NCBI GenBank assembly: GCA_028279805.1
Contig: JANQMZ010000007.1
Location: 750,001-782,000, forward strand
Reading direction: 5' to 3'
From: an archaeon
GTDB taxonomy: Archaea > Iainarchaeota > Iainarchaeia > Iainarchaeales > JANQMZ01
Length of the DNA stretch: 32,000 nucleotides
The notes under the pieces are model-generated. The model saw only the letters and a list, made by a program, of their open reading frames with translations, did no database searches and was not told the DNA's origin. Positions 26,291 to 32,000 of the stretch are shown here, one piece after another. Numbering within the stretch: the stretch's first letter is position 1; the number at the start of each line of letters is the position of its first letter. The position numbers were made by a program, and so were the translations under genes.

Positions 26291-26340
26291 ATCTATGAAT
26301 TGAACTGCAAAGCGTTTTAAATAATTCTTTTCAAATTTTA

Positions 26341-27186
26341 ATGGTGTTTTTTTTGAAAGAATTATTATTTGGAACAGCCGGCATTCCTTTGTCAACAAAA
26401 AACAGGTCAACTGAGAACGGAATTGCAAGAGTTAAAGAATTAAAATTAAATGCAATGGAACTGGAATTTGTTCGCAGTGTCAACATTTCAGAAGAAAAAG
26501 CCCCTCTGGTAAAAAAGGCTGCTGAAAAAAATAAAATTGTTTTAACATGCCATGCTCCTTATTTTATTAATTTAAATGCAAAAGAAAAACAAAAAGTCGG
26601 GGCAAGCAAGCACAGAATTTTGGAATCTGCAAGGCGTTTGCATCAGTGCGGCGGCTGGAGTGTTTGTTTTCATCCGGGTTTTTATTTGGGTGAAACAAGT
26701 GAAAAAGTTTTTCCGGTTTTTGAAAAAAGAATAAAAGAATTAAGGGAACGATTAAATGATGAAAGCATTGACTTGTGGTTAAGGCCTGAAACAACAGGAA
26801 AACCTTCACAATTTGGTTCTTTAAAAGAATTGTTAAAAATTTCCCAAGGCCTGGAAAAAGTTGCACCTGTTGTAGACTTTTCCCATCTGCATGCCCGTTC
26901 CGGGGGAAAAGAAAATACAAAAGAAGAATTTTTGGAACAGTTTAATTTGATTGAAAAATTTTTAGGAAAAAAAGGTTTGCAGAACATGCACATTCATTTA
27001 TCCGGAATTAATTATACTGAAAAAGGAGAAAGAAATCATTTAATTTTAGAAGAAAGTGACATGAATTACAAAGATTTGCTGAAAATCTGGAAAGAATTTA
27101 AAATTAAGGGAATTGTAATCTGTGAAAGCCCTAATATTGAGGAAGATGCTTTGCTTTTGCAAAAATTTTTTAAAAATTTAAAGTAA
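26341..27186 (+). CDS. Endonuclease IV-like TIM-barrel (AP endonuclease family 2) protein
   Basis: ELLFGTAGIPLS, MELEFVRSVNIS, LTCHAPYFINLN, VCFHPGFYLG, VAPVVDFSHLHARSGG, MHIHLSGINYTEKGERNHL. Confidence 0.85.
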   Translation: MVFFLKELLFGTAGIPLSTKNRSTENGIARVKELKLNAMELEFVRSVNISEEKAPLVKKAAEKNKIVLTCHAPYFINLNAKEKQKVGASKHRILESARRLHQCGGWSVCFHPGFYLGETSEKVFPVFEKRIKELRERLNDESIDLWLRPETTGKPSQFGSLKELLKISQGLEKVAPVVDFSHLHARSGGKENTKEEFLEQFNLIEKFLGKKGLQNMHIHLSGINYTEKGERNHLILEESDMNYKDLLKIWKEFKIKGIVICESPNIEEDALLLQKFFKNLK

Positions 27187-27750
27187 TACAAACAATGTTA
27201 TTCCTGTTGCAATTGGCATAAACAGGTTATCTTCAACCGGCAGAAAATCAACTGCCATAGCAACAATTGCTGCAACCGTTACAGCATAAAAACTTGTTGG
27301 CAAAATCAGTGACATTAAAATTATTGAAACAATTAATCCTATTACTGTTCCTTCAAGCGTGTTGTTCCAGGGAAGTTTTATTGTTCCATGATATTTTCCT
27401 ATTAATGTTGCCCATGCATCTCCAAAAACCAGCGGAACTAGTGCTGCTAAAACTATTAACTTGTTGTGAAACAATAAAGCGTCAGCTGCAACAACAAGCA
27501 AAACTCCTATTGTAAAAATTATTGCTGCAATTCCGGGTTTGTGTTTTTCATCTCCTCTTTCAACAGCATTAATAATGTTTGCAAACAATTTTTTTCTTTT
27601 TTTCTTTTTCAAATCATTTGAAACAATGTAACCAAAACCGATTAATAAAATTAAAATTGCGCTTAAAGTGCCTGAATCAATTATTGCTGCCAGCAAAATG
27701 AACAAACTTCCTATTATGATGTGGGCAAATTCTCTTTTTGCTTCTCTCAT
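27178..27750 (-). CDS. Dolichol kinase/CTP-transferase (SEC59/DGK1/VTE5-like) membrane protein
   Basis: KREFAHIIIGSLF...ERGDEKHKPGIAAIIFTIG...VPLVFGDAWATLIGKYHGTIKLPWNNTLEGTVIG, multi-TM. Confidence 0.7.
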   Translation of the reverse strand: MREAKREFAHIIIGSLFILLAAIIDSGTLSAILILLIGFGYIVSNDLKKKKRKKLFANIINAVERGDEKHKPGIAAIIFTIGVLLVVAADALLFHNKLIVLAALVPLVFGDAWATLIGKYHGTIKLPWNNTLEGTVIGLIVSIILMSLILPTSFYAVTVAAIVAMAVDFLPVEDNLFMPIATGITLFVLL

Positions 27751-27754
27751 TTTA

Positions 27755-28417
27755 TCACTTTTTTTTCATTACACACAGCAAATGGCTTTTTTCATATGGC
27801 TGTAATGGAATGCATTCTATTATGTCAAACTCCTTTTTTAATTCTTCTTTTTGCTTTTCAAAAATTTTTTCAATATTTTCAGTTGAAGAAATGCTTTTTG
27901 CCTTAATTGCAATAATGCCCAATTTGCCTTTTTTTAAGAATTTTTTGGCATTTTTGTTAAAAATTTGAGCCTGTTTTCTTTGAGACAAATCCTGGTATAA
28001 CAGGCTTATTTCGCTGTTTTTTAAATATTTTTCATATTTTTCAGGTTTTTCAGCGTTTTCTAAAACAGGGACAAGATTTTCCCTGTCCTCACACAATTCT
28101 ATAAATTTTTTCATGGTTCTCTGGCTTAAGTCAACGCCAAAAATTAATCCTTTTTCTTCAATAACATCACTTAAATGAGATGCTGTTGTTCCCTCTGCAA
28201 CACCCAGATATAAAACGTTTAATCCTTTTTTTATTTCAAGTTTTTTTAATCCTTTTTTTATTGCCGCACATAATTTTGAACGGTAAGGATTCCATTCACG
28301 GTATTCAACTGAACCAGTTTTTACCAGTTTTTCCCCGTAAACTTTTTTTCCCGGTGTAAAATTTTTTGTTAAAATTTTTCCTTTTGAAGAAAAAATTCCT
28401 TCAAAAATCTGCTTCAT
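27755..28417 (-). CDS. flpA: Fibrillarin-like rRNA/tRNA 2'-O-methyltransferase
   Basis: YREWNPYRSKLCAAIKKG, LNVLYLGVAEGTTASHLSDVI, LLYQDLSQRKQAQIFNKN, LGIIAIKAKSIS, PYEKSHLLCV. Confidence 0.95.
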   Translation of the reverse strand: MKQIFEGIFSSKGKILTKNFTPGKKVYGEKLVKTGSVEYREWNPYRSKLCAAIKKGLKKLEIKKGLNVLYLGVAEGTTASHLSDVIEEKGLIFGVDLSQRTMKKFIELCEDRENLVPVLENAEKPEKYEKYLKNSEISLLYQDLSQRKQAQIFNKNAKKFLKKGKLGIIAIKAKSISSTENIEKIFEKQKEELKKEFDIIECIPLQPYEKSHLLCVMKKK

Positions 28418-29223
28418 GAAAGTTCACTTGCTCTTTTTTCCAGTTCTTTTAACAATTTTTCATATTTTTCTTTTTTTGAAAAAAAATCCTGTTTTAATGC
28501 AATGCTTAATTTTGAAGCCAGGCTTCTTGCCATTTTTCCCCGGTTAACCGTTTTAACCTGTTGAACAAAAGGATGCTGAAAAAGCAAACCGTATTTGGGA
28601 GGCTTTGCTCCTGATTTTAAATGCCTGAACAATGCTTTCTCCGCTCCCAAAACCTGTATTGTTGATGCAGGCATTTTAACCATTTTTTCAATTGCTCCGG
28701 CTTCACTTAAAAGTTTTGCTCCTAAAACCGCGCCACATAAGTTTGAAAAGTTTGGCAGTTCTTTTTTCATTTCTTTTTCAACATATTCAACTAAACTGTT
28801 TTTTTCTTTTTTTATTAAAAGAGATTGTTTTGCCAGGCTTTGAATTTTTTTCAAATCTTTTTCTTCAATTTCTGAACCAACACTGTTTTTTGCTTTTGTT
28901 TCAATTTGTTTTGCTTTTTCCTTATTTTTGTAATATTTTAAAATTTTTTGTTCTGAAAAATTTTTTCTTAAACCAAGTTCGTTTACAAGGTTTAAATAAA
29001 TTTCAGGTGTTTTAACAAGCCTGTCCATTTCCGGAAAATGAATTCCGTACCATTCCCTGCTGTCTTCATATAACAGGTTAAAAATTTCATCCAAATCTGA
29101 CAAAATGTCAGCTGCTCTTATGATATGGCTTTCTCTTCCCACATATTTTGTTTTAACCTCTTTCCTGGCTTTTTGAATAAGTTTTCGCCTTAAATCGTCT
29201 TTTTTTGCCATTTTTTTCACCAA
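28414..29223 (-). CDS. Nop5/Nop56-family C/D box snoRNP core protein, short form
   Basis: Coiled-coil region LLYEDSREWYGIHFPEMDRLV and Nop domain FSNLCGAVLGAKLLSEAGAIEKMVKMPASTIQVLGAEKALFRHLKSGAKPPKYGLLFQHP; no N-terminal domain. Confidence 0.92.
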   Translation of the reverse strand: MVKKMAKKDDLRRKLIQKARKEVKTKYVGRESHIIRAADILSDLDEIFNLLYEDSREWYGIHFPEMDRLVKTPEIYLNLVNELGLRKNFSEQKILKYYKNKEKAKQIETKAKNSVGSEIEEKDLKKIQSLAKQSLLIKKEKNSLVEYVEKEMKKELPNFSNLCGAVLGAKLLSEAGAIEKMVKMPASTIQVLGAEKALFRHLKSGAKPPKYGLLFQHPFVQQVKTVNRGKMARSLASKLSIALKQDFFSKKEKYEKLLKELEKRASELS

Positions 29224-29285
29224 AACAGGTTTTTATTATTTTAGCCACCATTAGCTTAAAAAATACTATTTTGATTAATTTTCCA

Positions 29286-30785
29286 ATGCCAAAAGAAGAA
29301 ATTCAGAGCCTGGCTTCAAGAAGAGGCTTGTTTTTTCCAACCGCGGAAATTTATTCTGACTCGCCCGGAGGATTCTGGGAATTTGGTTCAACCGGTGCAA
29401 GGCTTAAAAGAAAAATTGTAAATTTTTGGAGAAAAGAACTGGTTGAAAAAGAAAATTTTTTGGAAATTGAAGGCTCTCAAATTTTGCCAAAACCTGTTTT
29501 TGAATCTTCAGGACATTTAAAAAATTTTAATGATCCTATTGTTCAATGCAAAAAATGCCATTCTTTTTACCGTGTTGACAGAATGCTGGAAGAATTAACC
29601 GGAAAACATTTTGCTGAAAATGCAAGCATTGAAGAATTTGAAAAAGAATTAAAAAAATTAAACCCGGAATGCAAAAAATGCAAATCACATTCCTGGAATA
29701 AAATTAAGCTGTTTAACATGATGATGTCTGTTGAACTTGGTGCAACCGGGGACAAAAAAGCTTTTTTAAGACCTGAAACGTGTCAGAATATTTTTTTAAA
29801 TTTTTCAAGAATTTATAAAAATTCAAGGCAAAACCTGCCTCTGGGAATAGCCCAGGCGGGTTCTTCTTTCAGAAATGAAATTAATCCGCGTAACACTTTG
29901 TTAAGGGAAAGAGAATTGGGGCAGATGGAAATTGAAATTTTTTTTAATTCAAAAAAAATCAATGAATTTCCTGATTTTGAAAAAATAAAAAACTATAAAT
30001 TAAATTTAATGACTTTAAAAAACAAAAAAATAAAACCGGTAACCTGTAAAGAAGCTGCTGACAAAAAAATTGTTTCAGGAAAACTCATAGCTTATTATCT
30101 GGCTTTGGTTCAAAAATTTTATGAAAAATTGGGAATTCCGTTAAAAAAAATGCGTTTCCGTGAACTTGATGATAATGATAAAGCGTTTTATTCAATTGAA
30201 ACTTGGGATTTTGAAATTGAAACAGATTTGGGCTGGATTGAATTAATTGCCAATAACTACCGGGCAGATTATGATTTAAAAGCCCATTCAAAAGGCTCTA
30301 AACAGGATTTGAGCATTAAAGAGGATGGTGAAAAATTTGTTCCCCATGTTTGGGAAATTTCTGCAGGAATTGACAGAACTTTTTATGTTGTTTTGGATAA
30401 TGCTTTTAAAAAAGAAAAAAGAGGAAAAGAGGAAAGAATTTTTTTGAATCTGCCGATTTCTATTGCCCCTTATCTGGCAGGAGTATTCCCTTTAGTCAAA
30501 AAAGACGGATTGCTTGAAAAATCAAAACAATTATTCCGGGAACTGGAAAAACATGGATTTGAACTGATTTTTGATGAAAAAGGTTCAATTGGAAGGCGTT
30601 ATGCCAGAATTGATGAAATAGGTGTTCCTTTTGCAATAACTTTTGATTATGATTCTGTGAAAAATAATACTGTAACACTGCGTGAAAGAAATTCTTTAGA
30701 ACAAAAACTTGTTAAAATTGAACAGTTATCCCAAACTTTGTGGAAATTGTCAAACGGAATTTTAACTTTCAACGAATTAAAATAG
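29286..30785 (+). CDS. glyS: Glycyl-tRNA synthetase; ORF is open from 29205, preferred start MPKEEIQSLASRRG at 29286
   Basis: RRGLFFPTAEIYSDSPGGFWEFGSTGARLKRKIVNFWRK, FLRPETCQNIFLNF, GIAQAGSSFRNEINPRNTLLRERELGQMEIE, GRRYARIDEIGVPFAIT. Confidence 0.95.
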   Translation: MPKEEIQSLASRRGLFFPTAEIYSDSPGGFWEFGSTGARLKRKIVNFWRKELVEKENFLEIEGSQILPKPVFESSGHLKNFNDPIVQCKKCHSFYRVDRMLEELTGKHFAENASIEEFEKELKKLNPECKKCKSHSWNKIKLFNMMMSVELGATGDKKAFLRPETCQNIFLNFSRIYKNSRQNLPLGIAQAGSSFRNEINPRNTLLRERELGQMEIEIFFNSKKINEFPDFEKIKNYKLNLMTLKNKKIKPVTCKEAADKKIVSGKLIAYYLALVQKFYEKLGIPLKKMRFRELDDNDKAFYSIETWDFEIETDLGWIELIANNYRADYDLKAHSKGSKQDLSIKEDGEKFVPHVWEISAGIDRTFYVVLDNAFKKEKRGKEERIFLNLPISIAPYLAGVFPLVKKDGLLEKSKQLFRELEKHGFELIFDEKGSIGRRYARIDEIGVPFAITFDYDSVKNNTVTLRERNSLEQKLVKIEQLSQTLWKLSNGILTFNELK

Positions 30786-30845
30786 TCCCATTGCGTAGGG
30801 ACAGTCCGCGTGCCACTTTCAGTGGCACTTGCTCGCTAACGCTCG
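30785..30845. repeat. GC-rich double-hairpin element between glyS and tRNA-Thr (REP/MITE-like or structured RNA candidate)
   Basis: GTCCC-attgcgta-GGGAC (30785-30802) and GTGCCACT-TTC-AGTGGCAC (30810-30828), then a direct repeat GCTCGC-taac-GCTCGC; markedly more GC-rich than its surroundings. Confidence 0.45.
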
Positions 30846-30877
30846 CAGTTTATGCTTGATTCTGTTCGTAATACTTA

Positions 30878-30949
30878 GCCCCGGTGGCTTAATGGCAGAG
30901 CAATTGCTTCGTAAGCAATGGGTTGTGAGTTCAAATCTCATCCGGGGCT
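30878..30949 (+). tRNA. tRNA-Thr (anticodon CGU)
   Basis: Acceptor GCCCCGG/CCGGGGC, anticodon arm ATTGC-TTCGTAA-GCAAT, T arm GTGAG-TTCAAAT-CTCAT; TTTATGC box about 26 nt upstream. Confidence 0.93.
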
Positions 30950-31000
30950 TTAAAACAAAAACAATTTAATTCTGTTTCACAACAATTATTATGTGATAAA

Positions 31001-31495
31001 ATGAAATTATTGCTTTTATCGGATTCCAAAACTCCTGTTAAAATTTTTCCAAAAGTAAAGGAAATTGTTTCTGAAAAAATTTCAAATCTTGAAATTGAAA
31101 TAGCTTATGTTCCTTTTATGGTTGATTTTCCTCAAAAAGTTTTGGAAGCTGAAAAAGATTTTGATTATATTTTTGTTTTTTCGTTATATGATGAGGAAAC
31201 CCCTGAAATTAAAACTGTGATGGAAAAACTGATTGAAGTGGAAATTAAAACAGGCAAAAAAATTATGAAAATTTTGAGGGAGACAGATTTTGAAGGAACA
31301 AATAAAAAAGAGTTAAAATCTTTGTCAAAAAAGTTGACAAAAAAATGGAGTTTTTTTATTATTGAATACATTGCTCCTGAAAAAACAGCTAAAAAAGCTG
31401 AATTTGAAGAAGATCCTGATGAATTTGCAGATGATGAAAAAGTATTTGGCGCGGATGATGATATGTTTGCCTCAAATGACTCAGAATACCGTTAA
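31001..31495 (+). CDS. Uncharacterised protein with acidic C-terminal tail
   Basis: Complete 164-aa ORF starting soon after tRNA-Thr; globular-looking N-terminal ~120 aa followed by EFEEDPDEFADDEKVFGADDDMF. Confidence 0.6.
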   Translation: MKLLLLSDSKTPVKIFPKVKEIVSEKISNLEIEIAYVPFMVDFPQKVLEAEKDFDYIFVFSLYDEETPEIKTVMEKLIEVEIKTGKKIMKILRETDFEGTNKKELKSLSKKLTKKWSFFIIEYIAPEKTAKKAEFEEDPDEFADDEKVFGADDDMFASNDSEYR

Positions 31496-32000
31496 TTTTT
31501 TTTATTTTTAAGTTTTTTTTCCAGTTTTTTTGCTTCTTCGCTTTTTTCAACAGCCAAATCCCTGAAATGCTTTAAGTTTTTTTCATTTTCATTTAACCTT
31601 TTTTTCAATACTTGTATTTTTGTTTCAAGTTTTTCTTCAGCTTCCTGTTTTGCTTTAATTTTTTTTTCTTCCAGTGACAACAGTTCTTTGCTGTAATGGT
31701 TTCTCATTTTAATTGTTTCATTTTCAGCTTCCAGCAGAGTTTTTCTTGCAACATCTCTTTCATTTTTTAACAATGTTATTAATTCACTTGCTTTTTTATA
31801 ATAATTTGAATAGTTTTGTTCCAAAATGCTTATTTTCATTTTTAACTGAATAAAACTTTTCTGCAAAACGTCCAAACTTTTTTCATAATTGTGAACAAAG
31901 GAATTTAACTGGGTTTTTTGTTTTTCAAGTTTTAAATCGGTTTCATGCATTTCTTGTTCCAATTCAGCTGCATTTTCTTCCCTTTGAAAACCCCAGAATG
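31492..32000 (-). CDS. Uncharacterised coiled-coil protein; reading frame stays open to the right edge
   Basis: Heptad-like charged sequence EEKKIKAKQEAEEKLETKIQVLKKRLNENEKNLKHF. The track start at 31962 is an internal TTG; the frame is open upstream (...FWGFQREENAAELEQEMH), so the real start may lie outside the window. Confidence 0.6.
   Translation of the reverse strand, partial: FWGFQREENAAELEQEMHETDLKLEKQKTQLNSFVHNYEKSLDVLQKSFIQLKMKISILEQNYSNYYKKASELITLLKNERDVARKTLLEAENETIKMRNHYSKELLSLEEKKIKAKQEAEEKLETKIQVLKKRLNENEKNLKHFRDLAVEKSEEAKKLEKKLKNKKN

Noticed and set aside
26085-26428. Track ORFs covering tRNA-Arg (MYGLADPEGFEPSTHSLGG..., MFRELLYTLPKAGVRRRNTCGPVAQRKRNSLLSCGLRVRIPPGP..., and the 95-aa minus ORF)
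   Set aside because: Peptides such as GFEPSTHS and GPVAQRKRN...GLRVRIPPGP are typical artefact translations of tRNA genes; the cloverleaf explains the sequence.
27721-27968. Small plus-strand ORFs over the fibrillarin 3' end
   Set aside because: Antisense to recognisable FlpA coding sequence; no motifs.
1-32000. Search for CRISPR arrays, transposases, integrases, toxin-antitoxin or defence islands
   Set aside because: No regularly spaced repeats or diagnostic motifs seen by eye. Gene content is essentially housekeeping, so I do not claim a new defence or mobile system here.

Overview
This AT-rich, densely packed archaeal chromosome segment looks DPANN-like by gene content; that lineage call is inference. 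It is dominated by information-processing genes. From left to right it encodes: a partial phosphoenolpyruvate synthase and ribosomal protein L10e/uL16; tRNA-Cys, a ThiI-like THUMP protein, an Mre11-like nuclease and acetyl-CoA synthetase; and topoisomerase VI A/B, a Pno1-like KH protein, RIO1, aIF1A, DUF424, aIF2-beta and an OB-fold protein. Next come a VTT/SNARE-associated membrane protein and a presenilin-like protease, followed by Pop5 and the known archaeal proteasome/SBDS/exosome/L37Ae/RpoP/Pcc1/prefoldin cluster. The remainder holds a DHH phosphoesterase, HAD hydrolase, PurD, small zinc-ribbon and HTH proteins, a beta-CASP nuclease, NMD3, a COG1709-like regulator and tRNA-Arg, then an endonuclease IV-like protein, a dolichol kinase-like protein, fibrillarin/Nop5, GlyRS, tRNA-Thr and two uncharacterised ORFs. 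I see no CRISPR array, transposon, prophage, toxin-antitoxin pair or multi-gene defence system, and no convincing new multi-gene system. The observations most worth follow-up are: a structured GC-rich element directly 5' of tRNA-Arg; a ThiI-like protein whose PP-loop is lost; an L37Ae with no cysteines; a Nop5 lacking its fibrillarin-binding N-terminal domain next to fibrillarin; a compact GC-rich hairpin element upstream of tRNA-Thr; an Mre11 with GTHE in place of GNHD/E; and a pair of small overlapping uncharacterised genes, one with an HTH.
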